From: Pseudomonadota bacterium
Lineage (GTDB): Bacteria; Myxococcota_A; Polyangia; GCA-2747355
Direction: 5' to 3'
Length of the DNA: 64,000 bases
Assembly (NCBI GenBank): GCA_016702545.1
Contig: JADJDT010000005.1
Span: 274,991-338,990 of the forward strand
Position 1 is the stretch's first letter. Every line of letters starts with the position of its first letter. A program made the position numbers and the translations under genes. This document shows positions 18,523 to 29,365 of this stretch, piece after piece. The notes under the pieces are model-generated. The model was not told where the DNA came from. It did no database searches and saw only the letters and a program-made list of their open reading frames with translations.

Positions 18523-19740
18523 ATGACATCCTCCTCCCCACCAGACGCGGCGGCTACCATGGCCACCGTCAAGAACGTGCCCGAGCCGCGGCCGCCGGCC
18601 GGCCCGACGCCCAGCGCCGGGGAGGGTGGCGGCAAGTTCAAGTTCGCCAGCGATACGGCGGGATTTCAGGCGGAGGTCCGACGCCGGGTGCTCGCGTATT
18701 TCGAGCGCAGCGGGCTTGCGCAGGGGGCGGATGCCCGGATGGTCGTCAAGTCGGTCGTGCTCCTGCTGTGGTTCGCCGCGTCCTATGTCGGGCTGGTCTT
18801 CGCCGCGCAGACCGCGGGACAGGCGGCGCTGCTGTCGATCTCGCTCGCGCTGGCGATGGCGGGCATCAGCTTCGCCGTCCAACACGATGGCAACCACGGG
18901 GCCTACTCCAAGCACGCCCCGATCAACCGCCTAATGGGGCTGACGCTCGACCTGCTCGGCGCGAGCTCGTACATCTGGCAGTGGAAGCACAACATCGCGC
19001 ATCACACCTACACCGGGCTGAACGGCGCGGACTTTGACATCGACGTGCCCTTCGGGCGCTTGACCGCGGCGCAGCCCCACCGGCCCATGCACCGCTTCCA
19101 GCACCTCTACCTCTGGCCGATCTACGGCCTCTTCGTCGCCAACTGGCAGCTCTATCAGGACTTCCGCCAGCTGGCCGAGGCGCGCATCGCCAACAGCCGC
19201 TTCCCGCGACCGCGCGGCTGGCGAATGGTGGAGTTTTGGGCGGGCAAGGTGATCTTCTTCGGCTGGGCCTTCGCGCTGCCGATGTGCCTTCATCCCTGGT
19301 GGGTCGTGCTGCTCGGCTATGCGGTGACCTCCGTGGTGCTCAGCTTCGTCTTGGTGCTCATCTTCCAGCTCGCGCACAGCGTCGAGGAAGCGGCGCTGCC
19401 GCCGCTCGCAGCGGGCTCGCAGCAGGTGCCCCGACCCTGGGCCGTGCACCAGGTCAACGCGACGGTCGATTTCGCGCGCAACAACCGCCTGCTCTGCTGG
19501 TACGTCGGCGGCCTCAACTTCCAGATCGAGCACCACCTCTTTCCTCGCATCTGCCACGTCCACTACCCGCAGATCGCGCCGATCGTGCAGCAGACCTGCG
19601 CCGAGTTCGGCGTGCGCTACTCTGCCCACGAGAGCCTCCTGGCCGCCCTCGCCTCGCATGCGCGCTGGCTGCGGCGCATGGGCCGCCCGCCGCTCGCGGA
19701 GGCAACCGCGTCGAGCGGCTCACCAGGCGGCGCGGCGTAG
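18523..19740 (+). CDS. membrane fatty-acid desaturase, front-end type
   Basis: Three His boxes (HDGNH, HNIAHH, QIEHH) with hydrophobic spans between them. There is no cytochrome b5 domain. Confidence 0.85.
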   Translation: MTSSSPPDAAATMATVKNVPEPRPPAGPTPSAGEGGGKFKFASDTAGFQAEVRRRVLAYFERSGLAQGADARMVVKSVVLLLWFAASYVGLVFAAQTAGQAALLSISLALAMAGISFAVQHDGNHGAYSKHAPINRLMGLTLDLLGASSYIWQWKHNIAHHTYTGLNGADFDIDVPFGRLTAAQPHRPMHRFQHLYLWPIYGLFVANWQLYQDFRQLAEARIANSRFPRPRGWRMVEFWAGKVIFFGWAFALPMCLHPWWVVLLGYAVTSVVLSFVLVLIFQLAHSVEEAALPPLAAGSQQVPRPWAVHQVNATVDFARNNRLLCWYVGGLNFQIEHHLFPRICHVHYPQIAPIVQQTCAEFGVRYSAHESLLAALASHARWLRRMGRPPLAEATASSGSPGGAA

Positions 19741-20502
19741 CTCGAGCGTGGCCACCTCGTCGGCGGAGCCGGCCAGGGGCGCCTCGATCCGCGCGGCTAC
19801 GCGGCCACCGGCGGGCACCGCGGCGATCCGCACCTGCGGCGGCCCGGTGAAGCTCGCGCCTCGCGCGCCCTGGAGCTCGGCGCCCACCACCAGGTCGCGG
19901 AGCAGGCGCGGGCTGCGATTCTCGACGCTGAAGCTGATCACGAGCTTGCCGTCCTCGCGCGCGGTCCGCGTCTCCACGAAGGCGACGAAGGGCTCGATCT
20001 CGCTCAGGGCCGCCAGCGTCCGCTCGGCCCGTGGCTGCAACAGCAGCTCGCCCTGCTGCGCATCCAGGGTGACGACGAAGTGCCGCGTGAAGTTGAGGCC
20101 CAGCAGGCCGACGGCCCCGGCGCCTCCGCAGCCCTCGCAGACGCCGACGGTCAGGCCGCCCGCGACCCGGGCCGCGCCGATGGCCGCGCCCTCGATCACG
20201 GCCAGCGAGCGTCGCACGCGCCCGCCGGCTGTATCGGTGTCGCTCGCCACCGGGCTCGGCGCCACGCCGAGGCGCCGCAGCGTCGCCGCGTCGAGCGTGG
20301 TGAAGGTCGCCCCGGTGTCGAAGACCAGCTTCGCCGCGAGCGCGCCCCGCGGCCCGCTGAGCTGCACGGGCACGACGATCGCGTCGCCGCGCTGCTCGAT
20401 CTTGATGCGCACGCTCGCCGCCGCGGCCCCGCCACCCGCGACGGGGCCCGCGCCCGGCTCCGGATCGTCGTCGTCCTGGGCCTCGTCGCCCATCGCGCCC
20501 AC
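19720..20502 (-). CDS. retropepsin-like (clan AA) aspartic protease domain protein
   Basis: The active-site-like sequence is KLVFDTGATFTTL followed by GLLGLNFTRHF, with a C-terminal domain of unknown function. It lies in the same frame as ORF 20560..20907, separated by a single TGA. Confidence 0.7.
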   Translation of the reverse strand: MGAMGDEAQDDDDPEPGAGPVAGGGAAAASVRIKIEQRGDAIVVPVQLSGPRGALAAKLVFDTGATFTTLDAATLRRLGVAPSPVASDTDTAGGRVRRSLAVIEGAAIGAARVAGGLTVGVCEGCGGAGAVGLLGLNFTRHFVVTLDAQQGELLLQPRAERTLAALSEIEPFVAFVETRTAREDGKLVISFSVENRSPRLLRDLVVGAELQGARGASFTGPPQVRIAAVPAGGRVAARIEAPLAGSADEVATLELRRAAW

Positions 20503-20559
20503 CCCCGCCCGCGGGCTGAGCAGCGCTCGCCCGCCGCCAGCGGGTCGTCGCCGCGCCGC

Positions 20560-20907
20560 TCAGTCGCGGGTCAGCGCCCGCGTCGAGGCCATCGAGCCTG
20601 ACCCGGGGTCGCTGAGCTCGGGCATCCGCCAGCTCCGCACCAGCCACAGCGCCGTCAACAAGAGCCCGGCCAGCACGCCGAGCTCGACGACGGCCGCCAG
20701 CCGCGCGCGCCGGGCCGCGCGACGCGCCTGCTCCAGGGCCGCGAGCTCCTCTTCACTGCGATGGGGCGAGCTCGGATCGAGCTCGGCGAGTGGCAGCGCC
20801 TTGGGCCGCACCTTGACCGCGCCGTAGAGGTCCGTCAGGGCGTCGTCGCGCGGATCGGCGCTCGGCGGCGCCGAGGCGGGGGTCGGCGCCGCGCTCGCGG
20901 GCACCAC
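20560..20907 (-). CDS. membrane-anchored N-terminal segment, possibly the 5' part of the aspartic protease gene
   Basis: 115-aa ORF with one TM helix (LAAVVELGVLAGLLLTALWLV). It ends at TGA 20560-20562 in the same frame as the downstream protease ORF. Confidence 0.4.
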   Translation of the reverse strand: MVPASAAPTPASAPPSADPRDDALTDLYGAVKVRPKALPLAELDPSSPHRSEEELAALEQARRAARRARLAAVVELGVLAGLLLTALWLVRSWRMPELSDPGSGSMASTRALTRD

Positions 20908-21047
20908 GGGGCCAGCGGCAGGCCAACGCCAGCAGCTGATCGAGGTCTGGCGGTGCGCCGGCCCCAGCTCGGCGGCGTCTCTCGGGAAGGCCGCTCGCTG
21001 GTCGCGCCATCCTGGCCCCGTTCGATACCCGGGGGCCCGCGCCGGGG

Positions 21048-21076
21048 CCCCCCCCCCGGGGGGGGGGGAAAAAAAA
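21048..21076. repeat. consecutive homopolymer runs C10-G11-A8
   Basis: Read directly: C at 21048-21057, G at 21058-21068, A at 21069-21076. It is intergenic, 136 nt downstream of the murA stop on the minus strand. Confidence 0.9.
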
Positions 21077-21211
21077 CAACGTTGGGCCGCCGATCCATCG
21101 CGTCCGCCCGCGTCGCCTCCTCGGTTTACCCCAGGTAGACCTTCGTCGTCGCTCCTTGCCGGCCGCGCGCCTCGGCAGCCACAGTCGACCGATTTGTTTT
21201 GTCACGAGCCC

Positions 21212-22471
<1,260 letters not shown>

Positions 22472-22607
22472 CGCTGGAACAACCCCGGCGCCAAAGGCGC
22501 GCAGCGAGCGCGATGCTCGCACAGGATCGGGCAATCGACCAATCCGCCAGCCCGCGCGCAGCGGTAACGCAGCGGTCGGGCCGCGCAGCAGATTTATGGA
22601 CACCTCT

Positions 22608-23180
22608 TCAGCGCAGGCCGGGCGTCTCGCCGCTCCGCAGGCGCAGGATGGTGGAGGGCACCTCGGGCGCGATCGGCTCGGGCACGAAGTGTGGGCGCGG
22701 CGCGCTCGCGGCCGCCGCGGAGCTCGCGCTCGGACCGGGCGTCAGCGCTGTGGTCAGTTGCTGCGGCGGTGGGGCCAGAGCGGGGCCCTTGGCGGTAGCG
22801 GTCGCCGGCGGACCCTCGGGCGCCTTCGCGCTCCCGCGCTTGGGCGCGGGGCCACCGCCCTTGTGGGCTAGCCCGCGCTTCCCGTCGCTCCGCCCGCTGC
22901 GCACCGCTCGCGCGGGCAGCGCCGGTAGGCTCGGCCTGGGCAGACCGGGCGCCGGTTGCTCCACCGACGTGGCCCCGGCAGGCGGCGCGACCTTGCGACC
23001 GGTGGTCCCGCGCTCTTCGGCACTACCCGGCCGACTCGGCAACACCGCCGGTGGGGGCAAGGGGTCTTGATCTCTGGTGATCGTGAGCAGGGCCGGCAGG
23101 TCGAAGGTCAGCCCGTGGGCCCCGGGGTCGCCGCCGAGCAGGGCGACCGCGCCAAGCGCTATTGCAAGCAGGTTTCTCAT
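22608..23180 (-). CDS. secreted Pro/Ala-rich protein, unknown function
   Basis: Signal peptide [17 protein letters not shown], followed by low-complexity P/A/G-rich sequence. It ends 137 nt upstream of murA on the same strand. Coding status rests mainly on the signal peptide and ORF length. Confidence 0.45.
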   Translation of the reverse strand: MRNLLAIALGAVALLGGDPGAHGLTFDLPALLTITRDQDPLPPPAVLPSRPGSAEERGTTGRKVAPPAGATSVEQPAPGLPRPSLPALPARAVRSGRSDGKRGLAHKGGGPAPKRGSAKAPEGPPATATAKGPALAPPPQQLTTALTPGPSASSAAAASAPRPHFVPEPIAPEVPSTILRLRSGETPGLR

Positions 23181-23445
23181 CGTGTCACCCGCCCCGCCGA
23201 ACCTTCGTTCAGCGCGTCAAGCTGGCTCGTCGATCTGGCTCCTCAGCAGGTCCAGCCCTTCGCGGAATGGGCCGGCATCACCCTCTGCGCCGGACCGGCG
23301 CTTGTCCCTAACTGGCTACGGTTAACCACTTCCACCGACGCGTCAAGCCCGGCGGCCTCTGCGGCGCGCAGCCAGAAAATCGCCCGGGCCGCGCGGCGGG
23401 GTAGGATGAGGCTGTCACTGTGCAGCGGCCTTTGCGGAGGGGAGC

Positions 23446-24651
23446 ATGGGCGAGGCCTTCGTCTTCGATGTGGTCCGCACCCCACGCGGGCTCGGCAAGA
23501 GCCAGGGCGCCCTCTACACCGTGCGGCCCGTGGAGCTGCTGGCCACCGTGCTGCGCGCGCTCCCGGCGCGCAACGCGCTCGACAGCGCCCTGATCGAGGA
23601 CGTGATCATCGGCTGCGTGACGCAGACCGAGGAGCAGGGCGCCTGCATCGCGCGCTGGGGCGTGCTGGAGGCCGGCTTCGACCCGCGCGTCCCGGGCGTC
23701 ACGGTGCACCGCTACTGCGCATCGGGGCTCCAGGCCGTCAACCAAGCGGCGGCGCTGGTCGCCTCCGGCTACGCCGAGCTGGTCGTGGCCGGCGGCGTCG
23801 AGAGCATGTCCCGCGTGCGGATGGGCGCCGACGGAGGCGCTCAGTATGACCCCGCGCTGCAGTGGGCGGTGGGCTCGGTGCCGCAGGGCATCGCGGCCGA
23901 CCTGCTGGCGACCTTGCGCGGGATCGGCCGCCACGACGTCGACGCCTTCGCGCTGCGCAGCCAGCAGCGGGCGGCGGCGGCTCGCGACGCCGGTCACTTC
24001 GCGCGCAGCCTGATCCCCGTCTGCGACGTCAACGGACTGCCGCTGCTCGAGCGCGACGAGCATCCGCGCCCGGAGACCACACTCGAGCGCTTGGCCCAGC
24101 TCAAGCCCGCCTTCGCCACGCTCGGCCGCCAGGGGGCGCTCGATGCGCTGACGCGCCGCGCGTATCCGCAGCTCGAGGCGATCGAGCACGTCCACACCGC
24201 GGGCAACGCCTCGGGCATCGTCGACGGTGCCGCGGCCGTGCTGATCGGCAGCCGCGCGCGTGGCGAGGCGCTGGGGCTGCGACCCCGCGCGCGGATCGTC
24301 AGCGCGGTCAGCGTCGGCGATGATCCCGTGCTGATGCTGTGGGGCCCGGTGCCCGCCACGCGGCTGGCGCTCGAGCGGGCCCGACTGACGCTCGACGAGA
24401 TCGACCTCTTCGAGGTCAACGAGGCCTTCGCCGCCGTGCCGCTGGCCTACGCCCAAGAGTTCGGCCTCGAGCTCGATCGAATCAACGTCGATGGGGGCTC
24501 GATTGCGCTCGGCCACCCGCTGGGCGCCACGGGCGCGATGCTGCTCGGCACGCTGCTCGAGGCCCTCGAGCGCCGCGGGCTCCAGCGGGGCCTGGTCACG
24601 CTCTGCATCGGCGGCGGCATGGGCACCGCCACCATCATCGAGCGCGTCTGA
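23446..24651 (+). CDS. acetyl-CoA C-acyltransferase (thiolase)
   Basis: GGAGGGGA sits upstream of the ATG. Motifs are VVRTPRG, the active-site region [16 protein letters not shown], and C-terminal CIGGGMGTA. Confidence 0.9.
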   Translation: MGEAFVFDVVRTPRGLGKSQGALYTVRPVELLATVLRALPARNALDSALIEDVIIGCVTQTEEQGACIARWGVLEAGFDPRVPGVTVHRYCASGLQAVNQAAALVASGYAELVVAGGVESMSRVRMGADGGAQYDPALQWAVGSVPQGIAADLLATLRGIGRHDVDAFALRSQQRAAAARDAGHFARSLIPVCDVNGLPLLERDEHPRPETTLERLAQLKPAFATLGRQGALDALTRRAYPQLEAIEHVHTAGNASGIVDGAAAVLIGSRARGEALGLRPRARIVSAVSVGDDPVLMLWGPVPATRLALERARLTLDEIDLFEVNEAFAAVPLAYAQEFGLELDRINVDGGSIALGHPLGATGAMLLGTLLEALERRGLQRGLVTLCIGGGMGTATIIERV

Positions 24652-26819
24652 TGAGCGCCCTCCCGAACCCCGCCGGCGCGATCGCCCCTTCCTTCGACGC
24701 GGCGCGCGGTCTCGCGACGCTGCGGCTGACCGGCCCCGGGGCCGACAACGTGCTCGACGAGCCGCTGGCGACGGCGCTCGTCGAGGCCGTGGCCTGGGCC
24801 CACGCGCTGCCGGGGCTGCGCGGCCTGATCGTCAGCTCGGCGCACCCCGACTTCTGTCGCGGGCCCGACCCCGACCGCTGGCTCGCGACGCCCGACGCCG
24901 CGGCGCTGCTCGCACGGGTGCGCCGCGTGCAGCAGGCGCTGCGGCGGCTCGAGACCTGCGGGGTGCCGGTCGTCGCCGTGCTGGCGGGCGCGGTCAGCGA
25001 CGGGGGCCTCGAGTTGGCGCTCGCCTGCCACCGGCGCGTCGCCGTCGACGACCCCCGACTGCGCCTCGAGCTGCCGGCCCTGGCCTTCGGCCTGCTGCCG
25101 GCGGCGGGGGCGACCCAGCGGCTCCCGCGCTTGCTCGGGCTCGGGCCCGCGCTCGAGCTGCTGCTGCGGCCGGCGCCGCTCGGCGGCGAGTCGGCCCGCC
25201 GCGCCGGCCTGGTGGACGCGCTCTTCGCCGACCATGAGGCCGCGCTCGCCGACGCCGCGGGCTGGCTCGCCACCCGCCCCGACCCCGCGCAGGCCTACGA
25301 TCGGCCGGGCTGGGTCCTTCCGGGCCCCGCGCCTCGCTCGACCGCGGCCCGCGACCTCGTGCTCAGCGCGGCCGGCGCCCTGCACCAGCGCACGGCCGGC
25401 TCGCAGCCCGCGCCCGAGCTGCTGCTGCGCGCGATCCACGAGGGTTGCGGCCTCGTCCTCGACCGCGCGCTCGAGGTCGAGGCGCGGCTGGCGGTCAGCG
25501 CCGCCCGCAGCGCGACCACCGGGGCGCTGATTCGCACGCTGTGGCAACACCGTCGCCAGGCCGAGGCGCTGACCGGCGGCGCCGGCGGCGCTGCGGGCCA
25601 ACGCGTCGGCATTCTGGGCGCGGGCCTGATGGGCGCGGGCCTGGCCTACCACTGTGCGACGCGCGGCTGCGAGGTGGTGCTGCGCGACGTCGATCCGGCG
25701 GCGCTGGACCGCGCCCGCGAGCGCTGGGCGCGGCGGAGCCCCGGCGACGGCCCGGCAGTGCCCGGGGCGCTCAGCCCCAGTGCCCACGCGGCGGCGCTGG
25801 CGCGCATCACGCTCACGTTGGCGCTCGAGCCCTTGGCGGGCTGCGCGCTGCTGATCGAGGCCGTCGATGAGGCGCTGGCGCTGAAGCAGCGCGTGTTGGC
25901 CGAGACCGAGCCCCTGCTGGCCCCCGGGGCCCTCTGGGCCAGCAACACCTCGGCGCTGCCGCTGGCCAGCATCGCGGCCCAGGCCCGCGATCCCGCGCGC
26001 GTGCTCGGGCTGCACTTCTTTTCGCCGGTCGAGCGCATGCCGCTGCTGGAGATCGTGCGCGGCGCTTTGACCTCGGAGGCCACCCTCGAGCGTGCGCTGG
26101 CCTTCGCGGGGGCGCTGGGCAAGGCCCCGATCGTCGTCGGGGACGGCTACGGCTTTTACACCACGCGCGTGTTTCTGGCGTACCTGGTCGAGGGCGCCGA
26201 GCTGGTGGCCGAGGGCCACACGCCGGCGCTCGTCGAGTGGGCCGCGCGCCACGCCGGGATGGCGGTCGGCCCGCTGCAGGTCGCCGACGAGGTTGGGCTC
26301 GCGCTGGCGCGGCAGATCCTCGCCGGGGCGCAGCAGCAGCTCGGCCGCCCGGCCGCCAGCCCGGGCACGCGCCTGCTCGCGGCGCTGGTCGAGACGGAGG
26401 GCCGCGGCGGTCGCGCCGCCGGCGCCGGCTACTACAGCTACGTCGAGGGCCAGCGGCGCGGCCTGTGGCCGGGGCTCGGCGCGCTGAGCGCGCCGGGTCG
26501 CGTCGGGCAGTCGGTCGCGCGCGACAGCGCCGCCCAGGTCGGGCAGCGCCTGCTGCTGATTCAGGGCGTCGAGGCCGTGCGCGCGCTGGCGGAGGGGATC
26601 GTGACCCACGCGCGCGACGCCGACCTCGGCGCGGTGCTGGGTCTTGGCTTCGCGCCCGGCACCGGCGGGCCCTTGGCCTATCTCGATCGACTGGGCCTAC
26701 CCGCCGCCTGCGCGCGGCTCGACGCGCTGGCCGCCGTGCACGGCGCGCGCTTCGCCCCACCGCCGCTGCTGCGCGAGGCGGCCGCGCGCGGCGAGCCCTT
26801 CTACCCTGTGACGGAATAG
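24651..26819 (+). CDS. fatty-acid oxidation multifunctional protein (enoyl-CoA hydratase-like plus 3-hydroxyacyl-CoA dehydrogenase)
   Basis: ATG 24651 overlaps the thiolase TGA (TGATG). It has a crotonase-like N-terminus and the NAD-binding motif [14 protein letters not shown], followed by ASNTSALP and [15 protein letters not shown]. Confidence 0.85.
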   Translation: MSALPNPAGAIAPSFDAARGLATLRLTGPGADNVLDEPLATALVEAVAWAHALPGLRGLIVSSAHPDFCRGPDPDRWLATPDAAALLARVRRVQQALRRLETCGVPVVAVLAGAVSDGGLELALACHRRVAVDDPRLRLELPALAFGLLPAAGATQRLPRLLGLGPALELLLRPAPLGGESARRAGLVDALFADHEAALADAAGWLATRPDPAQAYDRPGWVLPGPAPRSTAARDLVLSAAGALHQRTAGSQPAPELLLRAIHEGCGLVLDRALEVEARLAVSAARSATTGALIRTLWQHRRQAEALTGGAGGAAGQRVGILGAGLMGAGLAYHCATRGCEVVLRDVDPAALDRARERWARRSPGDGPAVPGALSPSAHAAALARITLTLALEPLAGCALLIEAVDEALALKQRVLAETEPLLAPGALWASNTSALPLASIAAQARDPARVLGLHFFSPVERMPLLEIVRGALTSEATLERALAFAGALGKAPIVVGDGYGFYTTRVFLAYLVEGAELVAEGHTPALVEWAARHAGMAVGPLQVADEVGLALARQILAGAQQQLGRPAASPGTRLLAALVETEGRGGRAAGAGYYSYVEGQRRGLWPGLGALSAPGRVGQSVARDSAAQVGQRLLLIQGVEAVRALAEGIVTHARDADLGAVLGLGFAPGTGGPLAYLDRLGLPAACARLDALAAVHGARFAPPPLLREAAARGEPFYPVTE

Positions 26820-26847
26820 ACGCGGACCGCGCGTTCGCGGGCCGCGC

Positions 26848-26892
26848 GCCGCGGCCCCGCTACTCTGCGGGCCGCGGCCCGCTACTCTGCGG
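26848..26892. repeat. tandem direct duplication (23 + 22 bp) forming GC hairpins between convergent genes
   Basis: GCCGCGGCCCCGCTACTCTGCGG is followed by GCCGCGGCCCGCTACTCTGCGG. The second copy contains the stop (CTA at 26882-26884) and last codons of the minus-strand TldD-like gene. Each unit folds as a roughly 11-bp stem around TACTCT. Confidence 0.8.
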
Positions 26893-28552
26893 GGCGGCGG
26901 CGCGCGCGGCGCGCGCCCTTCTCGTGCGGCATCGGCAGCAGGTAGGGCGTGTACTGGCGCTGGTCGCTGGCCTGCAGCTCGAGGTTCGAGAGCAGCACCG
27001 CCGGGCTGGTGGTCGAAACCGGGACGACGCCCGATTCGGCCCCGCAGAAGGCGTTTTGACAGCGCGGCGTGTCGCCGACGGCGATGACGTTGCGCAGCGC
27101 GGAGAGCGGCGTGCCGACGAAGGTGATGTTGTGGATCAGGTTCTCGCGCCCGTCGGCCCAGACCTGCACCGCCAGCGAGACCTGGCCCATGAAGGCCTGG
27201 AAGTCGTAGGAGTCGGTCGCCGTCTCGCCGCCCTCGGCGTCGAGGATCATGATGCCGAAGGGCTGCTTCAGCCGCCTGATCTCGTCGAGGAAGCGCTGCT
27301 TCAGCACGGCGTGGGGTAGGCCGCCCTCGGCCTGCACCACCAGATTCGCCATGCGGCTGATCGGCCGCTCGTGGTACTCGCTGCGCGCGTGCCCGTTGCC
27401 GCCCAGGCGGCTGCGCGTCACCGGCGCACGCCCGCTGAGGAAGTCGACCAGGCGCCCCTGGTCCACCAGCACGGCGCGCCGCGCGGGCGAGCCCTCGTCA
27501 TCGTAGCGGTAGTGGCCCACGGTGCGCGTGCCCGCGAAGCGCCCCGCGGTCGGATCGTCGAGCACCGTGAGAAACTCGGGCACGATGCGCTTGCCCAGGT
27601 CGCGGGCGAAGGTCTGGCCCTCGCGCGTCGAGAGCAGCCGGCTGCCCTCCAGGCGGTGCCCCAGCACCTCGTGGAAGAGGATCCCCGCCGGCCCCGGCGC
27701 CAGCAGCACCGGCCCGGCGTAGGACTTGAGCGTCGGCGCCTGACTGAGCTGCCACAGCAGGCGCACGCGCTCGCGGATCTGCGCGATGAAGGGCCGCAGG
27801 TCGGGCAGGTCCTCGAGCGCCGGCGTGACGTAGAGCACGCGCGTGGCGACGACCTCGCCCTGCGGGCTGAGCAGCCACAGGTCGCAGCTCAGCTCGCAGA
27901 CGCGGCTCTGATCGATCAGGCGCGAGCCCTCGGAGTTGACGAAGAGCCGCGACACGTCGCGGATGCGGATCTCGACCCACGAGTTCTTGACCTCGGGGTA
28001 CTGCTTGACCACGCGCGAGGCGCGCTCGACGTAGTCCTTCCAGTAGCCGAGGTCGGGCGGGCGCGTGCGGCGGAAGCGCTGATCGACGATCGGCTCGGCG
28101 CGCACGAACGAGGGCAGGTCGCGGTTGGCGTCGACGTAGGTGATGTGGTGCGACTTCTTGCTCAGGTACTGCCGCACGGCCTCGCGGTAGCGGCTGTCGG
28201 TGAGCTTCCACAGGTGGTACTTGAGCGCATCGACGTCGTTGCCGATCGGCATCTCGACGTGCTCGTAGCTCTCGCTCTCGCTCTCGTGGTCGTCGAGGCC
28301 GCCCTCGGTCACCTGGTCGAAGCGGTAGGAGCCGACGCGCACGTCGCAGAACACGTTCCGCGCGTTCTGCACGCTGCTCTGGTTGATGTTGCCCAGCCGG
28401 CCCCACAGCACCGTCAGGTGGATGTCGCGCAGCAGATAGCTGATGTAGCAGGGCCGTGGGTAGCCGGGCACGCGCAGGTGACGCCGCTGGCGCTCGCACT
28501 CGTCCTGCATGGCCGTGAGAAAGCGTGCTGCCGAGCGTGCGTCGAGAGCCAT
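26882..28552 (-). CDS. TldD/PmbA-family metallopeptidase
   Basis: 556 aa containing GILFHEVLGHRLEG (HExxxH). The C-terminal region ...DSYDFQAFMGQVSLAVQVWADGRE...VSTTSPAVLLSNLEL is typical of the family. Confidence 0.8.
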   Translation of the reverse strand: MALDARSAARFLTAMQDECERQRRHLRVPGYPRPCYISYLLRDIHLTVLWGRLGNINQSSVQNARNVFCDVRVGSYRFDQVTEGGLDDHESESESYEHVEMPIGNDVDALKYHLWKLTDSRYREAVRQYLSKKSHHITYVDANRDLPSFVRAEPIVDQRFRRTRPPDLGYWKDYVERASRVVKQYPEVKNSWVEIRIRDVSRLFVNSEGSRLIDQSRVCELSCDLWLLSPQGEVVATRVLYVTPALEDLPDLRPFIAQIRERVRLLWQLSQAPTLKSYAGPVLLAPGPAGILFHEVLGHRLEGSRLLSTREGQTFARDLGKRIVPEFLTVLDDPTAGRFAGTRTVGHYRYDDEGSPARRAVLVDQGRLVDFLSGRAPVTRSRLGGNGHARSEYHERPISRMANLVVQAEGGLPHAVLKQRFLDEIRRLKQPFGIMILDAEGGETATDSYDFQAFMGQVSLAVQVWADGRENLIHNITFVGTPLSALRNVIAVGDTPRCQNAFCGAESGVVPVSTTSPAVLLSNLELQASDQRQYTPYLLPMPHEKGARRARRRPAE

Positions 28553-28749
28553 CGAGGAGCCACCGCCTGCGAGAGGGAGACGAAGCGACCGGCGGGCTGC
28601 GCCGCAACCCGCGCCGGGACTAGCGCTCTAGCGCACGCCAGCGAGGCTGTCCACCACACCCGGGGAATTCCCAGCCGGCGCCACGCAGCCCATCGGCGTG
28701 CGGGACGAGCGACGCGGTCGCGCTGTTGCGGGGAGCTGTACTTGATTAC

Positions 28750-29160
28750 TCAGGTCGCGACCGGCATCGAGACCTCGCGCACGAGATCGTCGAGGAACTC
28801 GCGGCGCACGGCGTCGAGGTTGACGAAGCGCACGGCGAACTCGCCCTCGGCCCCGCCGGCGCGCCGCACCACCTCACCGTAGACGGACATCACGCGCGTC
28901 TCGTTCTCGATCACCAGCCGCAGCCGCACCTTGTGTCCGACGGGCGGCGGGGCTTCCTTGCCGCGCAGCAGCAGCCCGCCGAGGCTGAGGTTGACGGCCA
29001 GGTAGAAGCCCAGCCCCCCTTGCAGCTCGTCCTCGACCCAGGCCCCGTAGGGCAGCCGCGGGAATTGCCGGCGGTCGGCTGGATTCGGCGTCTTGGCGTG
29101 TTCGCTCGTGAGCGGCGGCCGCTCGGGGACAGAGGGTTCGCGGGCCATGCTCCGCATCAT
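28750..29160 (-). CDS. PilZ-domain protein (putative c-di-GMP receptor)
   Basis: Start taken at ATG 29160 (MMRSMAREP...). PilZ motifs are RRQFPR and NLSLGG. The upstream part of the track ORF is Gly/Ala junk. Confidence 0.75.
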   Translation of the reverse strand: MMRSMAREPSVPERPPLTSEHAKTPNPADRRQFPRLPYGAWVEDELQGGLGFYLAVNLSLGGLLLRGKEAPPPVGHKVRLRLVIENETRVMSVYGEVVRRAGGAEGEFAVRFVNLDAVRREFLDDLVREVSMPVAT

Positions 29161-29292
29161 AAGAGATAGCCGCGTCGTGGTCCACAGCGAGACCACACCG
29201 CCACGACCGGGCCCACCACCGGGGCCCGCGCCCGCGGTCGCCGGCCCGACCCACGCAGAGCACGCGCCCCGCTCGACGGCCAAGAAGACGGC

Positions 29293-29336
29293 AAAAAAAT
29301 GCGGGCCGGGTGCGCATGGTGCTGCACCCGGCCCGC
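29293..29336 (-). terminator. Rho-independent terminator
   Basis: On the minus strand, a perfect 13-bp stem GCGGGCCGGGTGC / GCACCCGGCCCGC with a 10-nt loop is followed by ATTTTTTT. It lies 30 nt downstream of the stop at 29366. Confidence 0.7.
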
Positions 29337-29365
29337 GAAGCAGCCGCTGTCAAGCGCCGCTCAGC

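Noticed and set aside
21015-21045. tRNA-like T-loop sequence GTTCGATACCC
   Set aside because: The flanks pair as a simple GGCCCC/GGGGCC hairpin. No acceptor, D or anticodon arms can be drawn, so it is not a tRNA. No other tRNA-like T-arm motif caught my eye in the window.
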